Of a stretch of DNA of 64,000 bases, positions 1 to 8,691 are shown one piece after another. Source of the DNA: Candidatus Roizmanbacteria bacterium (GTDB lineage Bacteria; Patescibacteriota; Microgenomatia; UBA1406; GWC2-37-13). The notes below the pieces were generated by a model, which worked only from the letters and a program-made list of their open reading frames with translations, did not search any database and was not told the origin of the DNA. The translations under genes were made by a program, and so were the position numbers. The stretch is from positions 27 to 64,026 of the forward strand of contig JACQCK010000044.1 in assembly GCA_016201695.1 (NCBI GenBank), read 5' to 3'. Within the stretch, counting starts at the first letter, position 1; each line of letters begins with the position of its first letter.

Positions 1-115
1 TTATACACCAAACTTCCTGACCGCCGTCTGGGTTGGCAATAATGATGGTACGCCGATGAATCCTTATCTTACCTCCGGCATTACCGGTGCTGCTCCTATT
101 TGGAATCGGGTGATG
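1..115 (+). repeat. Arm A of an exact 115-nt inverted repeat (partner 63392..63506)
   Basis: Base-by-base comparison: bases 1..115 equal the reverse complement of 63392..63506, with the first mismatch at base 116. The repeat may continue upstream of the window. Confidence 0.95.
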
Positions 116-424
116 ACGTATACGCTCAAAGATCAACCCGACCTCTGGCCGATTAAATCCGATGCCATCATCGGCCGTACTGTCTGTAACGACACCGGCT
201 CACCAGCGACTAAGGACGCTGACGGCAAGGATTCCTGCCCGAGTCATTTCGAGTACTTTATTAAGGGTACCGAAAACTTTCCCGGCCTGGCGGTAAAACG
301 CGAAGTCGTGCCGGTAACCGCCGACGACAAACTCGCCAAGCCAGGCGACCCGGGCGTTGAAATGAAAGAGAAAACTATTCTTCGCGACCGGTGGTCTATG
401 TACTGTGTCGACTGCGCGCATTAG
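1..424 (+). CDS. Class A penicillin-binding protein (PBP1A-like), C-terminal part; 5' end lies outside the window
   Basis: The frame is open from base 2. YTPNFLTAVWVGNNDGTPMNPYLTSGITGAAPIWNRVM... is the conserved end of a PBP transpeptidase domain. It is a paralog of 63224..64000(-). Confidence 0.7.
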   Translation, partial: YTPNFLTAVWVGNNDGTPMNPYLTSGITGAAPIWNRVMTYTLKDQPDLWPIKSDAIIGRTVCNDTGSPATKDADGKDSCPSHFEYFIKGTENFPGLAVKREVVPVTADDKLAKPGDPGVEMKEKTILRDRWSMYCVDCAH

Positions 425-1227
425 CAATCAAATATCAGACTTAAGCAGGTGATTCCGCCGTCGGCTTTTTCAAACTCGTCCATCGGCGTTTTAAGAACTT
501 TGTATCCATAACTTTTAAGCGTCCGTTCGGTTCCGAAAAAACCTTGGGGCATAAGAATAATTTTATTATAAGAGATCACGTTCACGGCATAATTTTCGTG
601 GTTCGGTACTTTTAACATTTCCAGATGATATTTTTTTTGAAATTGTTTTATCTTTTCGTCGGCAAGCGCTGAAACTAAAAATATTTTATCCCCCAAATAA
701 CTTATACCGGTAAGCAGATGAAGACATTTGCTCACCGGAACAGAATATACTTCGTAACCGTGCCGATTATAAAATGACTTAACAATTTCAAATCCAGGCG
801 TATTTGTTCTTTTTGAAATGCCGACCCACGCTTTTTTGATGTCGCCGGTAACCATGACATCGCCCCCGTCACAAAATCCTGCCGTCATTTTATATGACTT
901 TAAACCGAACTGGGTAAGTTTTTTAGCAATCTGTTTATATTCTCCCCGACGTGAAGGCGCGAATTGATTGGTTATCAAAAACTCGTTCTCACAAATGAGG
1001 ACCGGGTCCTGGACAAAACACCCATCCGGATACGACTCGTCCGCCGGTAACTCGACAACCCCGATCATCATTTTTTTTAAGCTGTTTACGTACTGTTTGT
1101 GCTGTTTGATCGCTTCATGATAATTAATTGTCCTGTTGGTATTATAGTTACCTTTAGCATACCAGTCATTAATCGCCGTGACATAAGATTTACTTGGCGG
1201 TCTGCCAATCGCGAATTTTTTTTTCAT
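421..1227 (-). CDS. Guanidino-group-modifying (GME) superfamily enzyme, DDAH/amidinotransferase-like
   Basis: 268 aa with a C-terminal ...KADGGITCLSLIF catalytic-Cys motif typical of DDAH/arginine-deiminase-fold enzymes. Its start overlaps the argG stop by 4 nt (ATGA). Confidence 0.6.
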   Translation of the reverse strand: MKKKFAIGRPPSKSYVTAINDWYAKGNYNTNRTINYHEAIKQHKQYVNSLKKMMIGVVELPADESYPDGCFVQDPVLICENEFLITNQFAPSRRGEYKQIAKKLTQFGLKSYKMTAGFCDGGDVMVTGDIKKAWVGISKRTNTPGFEIVKSFYNRHGYEVYSVPVSKCLHLLTGISYLGDKIFLVSALADEKIKQFQKKYHLEMLKVPNHENYAVNVISYNKIILMPQGFFGTERTLKSYGYKVLKTPMDEFEKADGGITCLSLIFDC

Positions 1228-2467
1228 ATCTTGATTTGGTTTGCCAGTTTCATCTGTAATGAATAAACTTCGATAAACCCGGCACTCGCGTTCACATTAT
1301 AATTGTAGCCTCCGGTCGTAAACGAGGTGTGATTCAGACCATAGGGCGATGTCACCGCCACGACATCAGCTTTTCCTTTAAATAATTTTACCGTGACTTT
1401 GCCGGTCACCTTTTCGTTTACTTTATCGTTAAAGGCATTGATCGCGGTCATCACCGGGTCATACCATAAAGCTCCGTAACAAAGATACGCCCACTTTACG
1501 TCAAGCGTTTGTTTCAACTCGTTAAGTTGGCGGGTGCTGACATAATTTTCAAGCGTTTTATGGGCCTGAATAATGACGTGCGCCGCCGGCAACTCGTATA
1601 CGCCACGGTTTTTCAGCCCAACCAGGCGGTCTTCCAAAAGATGGACAACGCCGACTCCATGTTTACCGGCCATATTATTTAACTTTAAAATCACGATGAA
1701 AGTTTCATCTTTTTGTCGTTTACGGCCACGGGAATTCCTTTCTCAAATTGCAAAGTGATAATTTCCTCCTTTGCCGGCGCCTTGGCTGGAAGAGTATAGG
1801 TCGTGAGGAACCGCTCAATAAGCGGCACCACGTGAAAGTCTTCGATCTCTCCTCCTTCCCACGTCATCCCCCACATATTGTCGTCGACGCTGTAAGGAAA
1901 ATCCAAAGAGACGGGGACCGGAATTTTGTTTTTTTCGGCATATTTTATCTCCTCATTTCTATCCATTCCCCATTCACGAACCGGAGCGATGATTTTAACC
2001 TCTGGATTTAAGGTCAAAATATATCCGTCGATGCGGACCTGGTCGTTACCCTTCCCGGTGCATCCGTGAGCAATTGCGTCTGCGCCTTCTTTTTTGGCAT
2101 ATTCAACCGCCGTTTTTGCTAAAATAGCACGCCCCATCGGCGTTGAAAGGTGATAGTCTCCTTGATAACACGCATTCGCTTTAATTCCTTTTACCAGGAA
2201 TTGTTTAGCGAATTCTTCTTTTACGTCTGCGGTTATCGCTTTCACCGCGCCGAACTTTAACGCTTTTTTCTTGACGGCTTTTAGGTCATCATGTTGCTGA
2301 CCGAGATCAAGAGTAAGGGCAATAACCGCGGCTTTATATTCATCTTGAATCCATTTAAGCATGACTGAGGTATCGAGGCCTCCTGAATAAAGCAGTAATA
2401 CTTTTTTAACTTCCCCTACTTTGGCTTCGTACGAGGATGATTTGATGTAATTTGTTTTGGTTTTCAT
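1224..2467 (-). pseudogene. argG: Argininosuccinate synthase, split by a frameshift near 1691..1697
   Basis: The 258-aa N-terminal ORF (LLLYSGGLDTSV, AHGCTGKGNDQVR) and the 156-aa C-terminal ORF (HLLEDRLVGLKNRGVYE) are collinear with the intact paralog at 57884..59503. At the junction, KKMKLSS* / ILKLNNMAGKHGVG aligns with the paralog's KQMALAETILFLNKLGAKHAVG, which fits a 1-nt deletion. Confidence 0.8.
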
Positions 2468-2520
2468 AAATAAAATAATAATTAATAAATCCTGATCGAT
2501 TTAATTGCGCCTGTATTTTT

Positions 2521-3873
2521 TCATAGACTTTGAGTTAACTTGGATAATGCCTTCTTAAAATTACTTTCTTCTTTCTGCCACCACTTTTTTTCACAATAAA
2601 CACTTCTTTCTACTCGTGAAAGTCCGAGGTTTCCCGGCGCGCCTTCATGATTTGTTTCGGCAAGTACTTCTTTCGCCTCGAACATTGGGTAATTAGGACT
2701 CATCGCGCCTATTTTCTTGTACGCATCACGAAACGGCAGTCCTTCTTTAACCAATTTATAGGCGGCGTAAGTTGAGAACATTTCTGGCGTCATCGCTTTT
2801 GCCAAAACTTTTTTGCTTGGAAGCAAAGATGCTATCATCAAGGAACAAACAGCCAACGAGCTCTTTGTAATCTGAATTGAGTTAATAAACAGTTTCTTTG
2901 TTTACTGAAAATCAGCATTATAGCCGGACGGGAGACCAGAAGAAATTACCGCTACTGCATTGGTGTTATTTAAAACTATCTGCGCACGCGCTCGTAAGAT
3001 TTCCATGACGTCGACGTTTTTTTTCTGCGGCATAATACTCGATCCCGTGCAAAGCTCGGCGGGTAGGGTAAAAAAATTAAACTCTGCAGTCGTAAAAAGA
3101 AGGACGTCTTCGGCGAATCGAGATAAAGTAAGCATTATCTGACAAAGTGCCTGCATTAAAGCAAGGTGAGACTTCGGGCGTGACACTTGTGCGTATAAAA
3201 CATTGTTCTGGACCTTGGCAAATCCAAGAAGCTTGCTTGTGAGAGCTCTATCTATTGGAAGCGGAACTCCATACGCCGCGCCTGACCCAAGCGGTGATTG
3301 ATCGTTGATATGATAGGCTGTTTTTAACAAAACCAAATCATCAAGGCCACTTTCGGCAAAACTACCGGCCCAGGTGCCAACCGAAGACGGCATGGCTTTT
3401 TGCATGTGTGTGTATCCCGGCATCGGCAGAAACTCATATTTTTTAGCAAACTTTAAGCATTTTTCGATAAATTTAAACATTCCTTCGGCAATAGAATAAA
3501 CTCCGTCTTTGGCAAAAAGACGCAAATCAACCTGTATCTGATCGTTTCGACTTCGGCCGGTATGTAATTTTTTACCGGCTTCACCCATTTTTGTTGTCAG
3601 AACGTATTCTATTTTTGTATGAACATCTTCGTCACCATAAGAAACTTCAAACTGTCCGAACTTTTGCAGATTGATTACTTCGTTGAGTCCCTTTTGCAGG
3701 ACTTTGAATTCTTTTTCCGTCAAAATGCCAATTTTCCAAAGCATGTAAGCATGCGCAATTGATCCCACCGCGTCATAAAAGACGAGTTCGTTGTCGAGTC
3801 CAACATTCTCACCGGAAGTATAGGTTTCAACAACTTCGTTTAATTTTATTCCTTTCTCCCAAAGTTTTTTCAT
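2521..3873 (-). pseudogene. argH: Argininosuccinate lyase interrupted by one in-frame TAA (2902..2904)
   Basis: A single frame runs from 3873 to 2521. It carries GRSRNDQ, GYTHMQKAMP and GSSIMPQKKN motifs. ...SGYNADFQ*TKKLF aligns with the conserved YNKDxQEDKE, and the stop replaces the Glu (GAA to TAA). Confidence 0.8.
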
Positions 3874-3896
3874 ATCTGTATTTCAATTTTTAACCC

Positions 3897-3924
3897 AAAA
3901 AAAAGCCCCGCCTGTCAGCGGGGT
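3897..3924 (-). terminator. Intrinsic terminator-like hairpin plus U8, 23 nt upstream of the argH ATG
   Basis: On the minus strand: ccccgc-tgacag-gcgggg followed by c and T8 (plus-strand A8 at 3897..3904). Confidence 0.65.
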
Positions 3925-4014
3925 TTGTAATACCAATAGACATTTAGTCCATAATACTACCTACCATGCTATTTTCCTCAAATTAGTGGTGGCCGATAGA
4001 ATAAACATAACTTG

Positions 4015-4042
4015 ATTATAGCATAAGTTATACTCTTTGCAA
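4015..4042 (-). promoter_or_regulatory. Sigma70-like promoter TTGCAA-N16-TATAAT driving a ~110-nt leader or sRNA toward argH
   Basis: Minus-strand -35 at 4042..4037 and -10 at 4020..4015. The terminator at 3897..3924 lies downstream. Confidence 0.5.
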
Positions 4043-4069
4043 CTAGAATTTTAGGCACAGTTCCTTTGA

Positions 4070-4098
4070 TTGACAAAAAACACCCGATCCTTTACAAT
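4070..4098 (+). promoter_or_regulatory. Consensus promoter TTGACA-N17-TACAAT, 9 nt upstream of the ATG at 4108
   Basis: -35 at 4070..4075, -10 at 4093..4098. Confidence 0.65.
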
Positions 4099-4107
4099 GT
4101 CAGCTAT

Positions 4108-4656
4108 ATGAAGGATCTGACCCAAGAGGACATTCTTGATTCGCTTAAGGGAAAAATCTATACCCAAAATTACGTCACTCAACCGGCCATTAAAGGAGTG
4201 AAGATCGTTGAACTCAAGAACCACGTTAGTGAAGACGGCGATTTTTATGAGATTATATCCTTTAAACACGGAAAAAACGAGTATTTTCCTGATTTTGAAG
4301 TAACACAAATCAATCGTAGCCGGATGCCTCCCCATTCGATAAAAGCCTGGCACCTTCATTTTTCGCAAGATGAGGTCTGGCATATTCCTCCGGAGATCCG
4401 CCTTTTGGTGGGCTTATGGGATATTAGAAAGGCCTCGGAAACTAAGGACGTAAAAATGAGATTTGTACTCGGCGGTGGTACACCTCATCTAATCTACATT
4501 CCCAAAGGTATTGCACACGGTTCTCATAATTTATCCGGCGAGACAGCCGGAATCATTTATTTCATGAACCAAAAATTTAATAAGGCAGAACCCGACGAAA
4601 AACGGATTAGCTGGGACATACTCGGTACCCACTTCTGGTTACCGCAGCGGGATTAA
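4108..4656 (+). CDS. RmlC-like cupin (dTDP-4-dehydrorhamnose 3,5-epimerase / sugar epimerase-isomerase family)
   Basis: Motifs GVKIVELKNHVSEDGDFYE, KAWHLH..QDEVW, YIPKGIAHG. The ORF track starts at a TTG at 4066, but that TTG lies inside the promoter, so the ATG at 4108 is preferred. Confidence 0.65.
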   Translation: MKDLTQEDILDSLKGKIYTQNYVTQPAIKGVKIVELKNHVSEDGDFYEIISFKHGKNEYFPDFEVTQINRSRMPPHSIKAWHLHFSQDEVWHIPPEIRLLVGLWDIRKASETKDVKMRFVLGGGTPHLIYIPKGIAHGSHNLSGETAGIIYFMNQKFNKAEPDEKRISWDILGTHFWLPQRD

Positions 4657-4659
4657 TAA

Positions 4660-5838
4660 ATGGTAAAAAAGCTCATCGTCTTCTTCATAAAGTGGCGTTT
4701 GATTCTGTTTCTTATAGTGTTTTTGGCAGCCAAACTTATACCGGCTTCGACGTTGCTGCGGACATTTAACGCCGAAAGCCGCTTTATTGAACGCTTCCCT
4801 TATCTGTTGTGGGTCTGGGGTAACTATGACGGCGCTTTTTATCTTGGGATCGCCGAGCGGGGATATTTTACCTATGAACACGCGTTTTTCCCGCTTTATC
4901 CGCTATGCATTCATATCCTTAGTACTTTGCTAAGTATTCCTCTTTTGCTATCGGCCCAACTGATTTCTAATCTATCCTTACTTATCGCTTTATTTTTTCT
5001 TTATAAAACACTGCGGGTTGACAATAAAGAATCGCTTTTTGAATTGATGCTGTTTATTATTTTTATTTTCCCGACTTCTTTTTATTATGCGGCCGTTTAT
5101 AACGACTCACTGTTTTTTCTACTCGCCACTGCCTGTATTTATTTTGGCCGAAGAAATAAGTGGCTGACGAGTTCGGTATTAGCCGCTCTGGCGACGCTCG
5201 CCCGCCTTAACGGGTTGGCCCTTTTTTTCTTTTTGCTTTTGGAATATGCTTACAAAGGTCAAACGGACCTGAGGACGTGGGACAGGCAAAAATTAAAAGC
5301 CGCTTATCAATCGCTCTTTAAAAAACTATTTTCCGGTAAATTAGCCCTGATGACGTTTTTTTTTATTCCCGCTGCTTTCATTGGCTATCTTGTCTATACG
5401 CATATTGCTTTTGGCAGTTGGAGTATGGTCTTTACTTCGATGAAAGTGTGGAACCAGGATCGAGTCATTTTCCCCCCCCAGGTCGTCTGGAGGTATTTGA
5501 AAATATTATTCCTCTTTCCGTCTTTTCATCTGAATTATTTCATCGCCGCCTTCGAATTTAGTAACGTACTCTACTATCTATTTTTTCTGTTTTACTCATT
5601 TAAAAAAATACGGCTTTCGTATTGGATTTTTTTTGCTTTATCAATTCTTATTCCTTCGCTTACGGGCACTTTTCAAGGCATGCCGCGTTACGGCTTACAC
5701 TTATATCCGTTATTTTTATCCGTTACTCTTTTTTTACGAAGTAGATCCAAGTTATTTTTAGCAATTTATTTTCTGATATCCGGACTTTTCTTATTGATGG
5801 CGCTTTCTTTATTCAGCCGCGGATATTTTGTTGCCTGA
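4660..5838 (+). CDS. Multi-pass membrane glycosyltransferase, GT-C type (PIG-V/mannosyltransferase-like)
   Basis: 392 aa, highly hydrophobic, with an ERGYFTYEHAFFPLYP motif near the first loop. Confidence 0.45.
   Translation: MVKKLIVFFIKWRLILFLIVFLAAKLIPASTLLRTFNAESRFIERFPYLLWVWGNYDGAFYLGIAERGYFTYEHAFFPLYPLCIHILSTLLSIPLLLSAQLISNLSLLIALFFLYKTLRVDNKESLFELMLFIIFIFPTSFYYAAVYNDSLFFLLATACIYFGRRNKWLTSSVLAALATLARLNGLALFFFLLLEYAYKGQTDLRTWDRQKLKAAYQSLFKKLFSGKLALMTFFFIPAAFIGYLVYTHIAFGSWSMVFTSMKVWNQDRVIFPPQVVWRYLKILFLFPSFHLNYFIAAFEFSNVLYYLFFLFYSFKKIRLSYWIFFALSILIPSLTGTFQGMPRYGLHLYPLFLSVTLFLRSRSKLFLAIYFLISGLFLLMALSLFSRGYFVA
5472..5479 (+). repeat. Poly-C tract (C8) inside the GT-C gene
   Basis: cattttCCCCCCCCagg, read directly from the sequence. 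Confidence 0.95.
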
Positions 5839-7009
5839 TATGCGAAAATTAGCCAGCCTCACTATTGTCTTGCCGTTTTTCAATGATGCCGAGACAGTGG
5901 CTTTACAAATAAACGACGCCTATTCTTATGGAAAACTGATCGCCCATAAACTCCGGGTTATCGCCCTACATGGCGGTCCTTCCCAAGACTCTACTTTGAC
6001 GGAAATTATCAGGCAAAAGAAGAGTCATCCCGATCTAAAAATTATTGATAAAAAAAACAATACGGAAGGATACGCCGTTATTAAATACGGGCTGGCGGCG
6101 GCAACAACCGATTGGGTATTTTATACCGACGGCGACCGGCAGTATCACTTGTCAGACTTGGCAAAGTTGGTAAAAAAACAGAACGAAACCGGAGCGGACG
6201 TAGTAAACGGGTATAAAGCTTACCGGCGTGACGGCTTCGTTCGCACCGTCCTAGGCGAAGGATATCGTCGCCTTACCTGCTTGCTCTACCAGCTGCCTAT
6301 TCATGACCTTGACTGTGACTTTCGCCTTATAAAAACACGCCTTCTTAAAAAAATAATACTGCAAAGCCATAACGGTGCTATTTTGCCGGAAATGATAAAA
6401 AAGCTGGAGTGGGCTGGTGCGAGCTTTGCCGAAATATCAGTAAAACACTATCCGCGTATTTATGGCCGTTCAAACTACTCGCCGGTCGCCCTTACAATTG
6501 AGCTTATCAAAGGCAACTTTGTGATGTTTTTTCGGTTGCGGGCGTATCGTTATTGTATATCACTCCTGATCAATTTTCTGACTGTAATCGCTTTTTTTGT
6601 TTTAGTCTTAAATGTTTTTAGCTTGCATCTCTATTTCTCCAATCAACAAATCCCCTCGCTTTCGCAAACGAACGTCCAATTTTCCTATCGTGTTTCTCGG
6701 ATAGTTGACGTTTGGCGCTCTTCCAAAAATCTGAAACCGTATACGATTGACCAATCACTGTGCGACATAGCACTACACCGACTTAATAATTTTCGCAAAA
6801 ATGACCTCTTTCAATTACTGTATCTTCGCGACGACGATTTAAAGGGTGACACATATGACGCGATATCACCCCGATTGACAACGCCGCAACAAGTATTAGA
6901 TTATTGGCTAGGCCAGAAGAATTTTTTTGAGCGATTGAAAACTAACTTTAAGTTCTCCTGCATAAAATGCACCGATCTCAACTGTGTTCAAGTTGTCGGC
7001 AACTTTTAA
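5828..7009 (+). CDS. Family 2 glycosyltransferase with a TM segment and an unknown C-terminal domain
   Basis: LTIVLPFFNDAETV and FYTDGDRQY (DxD-like) motifs. A TM helix lies at about aa 240-265. The last ~130 aa are unassigned. Confidence 0.6.
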   Translation: MLPDMRKLASLTIVLPFFNDAETVALQINDAYSYGKLIAHKLRVIALHGGPSQDSTLTEIIRQKKSHPDLKIIDKKNNTEGYAVIKYGLAAATTDWVFYTDGDRQYHLSDLAKLVKKQNETGADVVNGYKAYRRDGFVRTVLGEGYRRLTCLLYQLPIHDLDCDFRLIKTRLLKKIILQSHNGAILPEMIKKLEWAGASFAEISVKHYPRIYGRSNYSPVALTIELIKGNFVMFFRLRAYRYCISLLINFLTVIAFFVLVLNVFSLHLYFSNQQIPSLSQTNVQFSYRVSRIVDVWRSSKNLKPYTIDQSLCDIALHRLNNFRKNDLFQLLYLRDDDLKGDTYDAISPRLTTPQQVLDYWLGQKNFFERLKTNFKFSCIKCTDLNCVQVVGNF

Positions 7010-7036
7010 ATAGCCTATAATATGATATAATGTTGT

Positions 7037-7681
7037 ATGGTTCTGGAAGCTCGTTTTTTTCAAAAATTACTACGTGATCCGTCGCTGATATTAATTTTAA
7101 GCAGTTTTCCCAAAGATACCGGTGTACTGAATATGATCGCCGCAATGATGATGTATGGCGGTGAATATGTACAAAAACATGTCGAGCTATTAGCCTCTCT
7201 CCCTGATCCGCAATCACGAAGTTACGCCAATGTCCCCACCTGGAGCTATGCCGATTTTCGCTCCGGCCCAACCGATATTTTTACTAATGGGGCGACGCTT
7301 TGCACGATACAAGTATTGAATAATCAAACCGTAGTTCACGAGCCACATTTTTGGACAATCACTGATATACAAAACCGCGACAACACCCATTTAATAAAGA
7401 TGGGGAAGCTTTTATTAACCTACCTTATTGAGAAAAGCCTACCATTACCGGATATCAAAACGGTGGAAATATATCCGGGTGAGGGTTGGACCGATAAGTT
7501 GATGCCTAACCTCGCAAGTACGGCTTCTTCCCTTTATGGAGCACAAAAAATTACCGTGCACCCTCCTGGCGATTATATTGTTTGGTTGTCTCAACTCCCC
7601 AGCAATCCGGAAAAAGCGGCCTTGATTGCGGTTAAACCATCCCAAAACAGTTCCAGTTTTCGATTGGTCAACCGACTGTAA
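7037..7681 (+). CDS. Hypothetical protein
   Basis: 214-aa ORF on the same strand as the locus; no motif recognised. Confidence 0.45.
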   Translation: MVLEARFFQKLLRDPSLILILSSFPKDTGVLNMIAAMMMYGGEYVQKHVELLASLPDPQSRSYANVPTWSYADFRSGPTDIFTNGATLCTIQVLNNQTVVHEPHFWTITDIQNRDNTHLIKMGKLLLTYLIEKSLPLPDIKTVEIYPGEGWTDKLMPNLASTASSLYGAQKITVHPPGDYIVWLSQLPSNPEKAALIAVKPSQNSSSFRLVNRL

Positions 7682-7682
7682 G

Positions 7683-7754
7683 TGCCAGCGAGAGGAGTCG
7701 AACCTCTGACCGCGGACTTATGAAATCCTCGCTCTGCCACTGAGCTACGCTGGC
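7683..7754 (-). tRNA. tRNA with CAU anticodon (elongator Met, or Ile2 if lysidine-modified)
   Basis: Hand-folded cloverleaf: GCCAGCG/CGCTGGC acceptor, GCTC/GAGC D stem, anticodon loop TTCATAA, AGAGG-TTCGACT-CCTCT T arm. CCA is not encoded, and the three G:C pairs expected in an initiator anticodon stem are absent. Confidence 0.8.
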
Positions 7755-7791
7755 TTCTTGCTGATAGTATGTGATATTATAATATATACGC

Positions 7792-8691
7792 GTGACCAAA
7801 CCAACCCTTTCCATTGTTGTTGTTTCTTATAATACCGCCGAAACTACACGCACCTGCCTTGTCTCTATTCAAAAATCACTGGCGGCGACAACCATCGCCT
7901 ACGAAATCATTGTTGTTGACAATAATTCCCAGGACGAAACAAAAGCCGGACTTAAAAAAATATCGGCGAGCTTTCCGCAGCTCCAAATCATCGTCAATAC
8001 GGAAAATGTTGGTTTCGGTAAAGCCAACAACCAAGGCGCGTCCCGCGCCAAAGGCGAGTATCTTCTTTTTCTTAATTCCGATACCGAAGTTTTAAACGAC
8101 GCCATAACAAAAATCTTTACTTATTATCGTCAACACCAAACGGCTATCCATTTTTTAGGCGGAAGACTCCTCAACCCCGACCGTACCCCCCAACCGTCTT
8201 GCGGCCCGTTCTATACGCTGCCGGTTGTATTCGGCGCCCTGTTTCTCAAAGGTGATTACTGGGGCCTGACGCGTTCTTCGCCTAGTCGGGCCAGAACGGT
8301 CGACTGGGTATCCGGAGCCTGCCTTCTGACAAAAAAAGAATATTTCGAAACGTTGAGTGGATTTGACGAAGGAATTTTTATGTATATGGAAGAAATCGAT
8401 TTACTCTACCGGGCAAAAAAAATTAACCTTAAAACGGCCTTTTATCCCGATGCACGCTTTATTCATATCGGATTTGCCTCAAGTGGTCAAAAAACATATC
8501 CGGTGATTCAGGTCTATCGTGGTTTTTTGTATTTTTACCACAAACATTACGGTCGTTTTTCTCTCTTCGTTTTGAAGAGTATGCTACAATTAAAAGCAGT
8601 ATTAGCAATTATTGTCGGGAAGATCCGCCGTAATGCATATCTGACGAAAACCTATGAACAGTCTTATGAAATTGTGGCGCTGGATCGATAA
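7792..8691 (+). CDS. Family 2 glycosyltransferase (rhamnosyltransferase-like)
   Basis: LSIVVVSYNTAETT, VVDNNSQDET, FLNSDTEV motifs. GTG start. Confidence 0.7.
   Translation: MTKPTLSIVVVSYNTAETTRTCLVSIQKSLAATTIAYEIIVVDNNSQDETKAGLKKISASFPQLQIIVNTENVGFGKANNQGASRAKGEYLLFLNSDTEVLNDAITKIFTYYRQHQTAIHFLGGRLLNPDRTPQPSCGPFYTLPVVFGALFLKGDYWGLTRSSPSRARTVDWVSGACLLTKKEYFETLSGFDEGIFMYMEEIDLLYRAKKINLKTAFYPDARFIHIGFASSGQKTYPVIQVYRGFLYFYHKHYGRFSLFVLKSMLQLKAVLAIIVGKIRRNAYLTKTYEQSYEIVALDR

Noticed and set aside
1-115. The terminal repeat as a circularisation overlap of a plasmid or phage contig.
   Set aside because: The two copies are inverted, not direct. They lie inside two diverged PBP coding sequences, and the gene content is chromosomal housekeeping.
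4051-4383. 110-aa minus-strand ORF opposite the RmlC-like gene. Similar antisense ORFs occur inside the O-antigen-ligase-like gene (9248..9688, 9695..9976), lon, sufS, ftsH and others.
   Set aside because: Each is fully embedded antisense or out of frame within a gene that has strong family motifs, and none has its own promoter or motif.
7683-7754. tRNA(CAU) as the initiator tRNA-fMet.
   Set aside because: The anticodon stem lacks the three consecutive G:C pairs, and position 1:72 is a normal G:C pair. Elongator Met or Ile2 is more likely.
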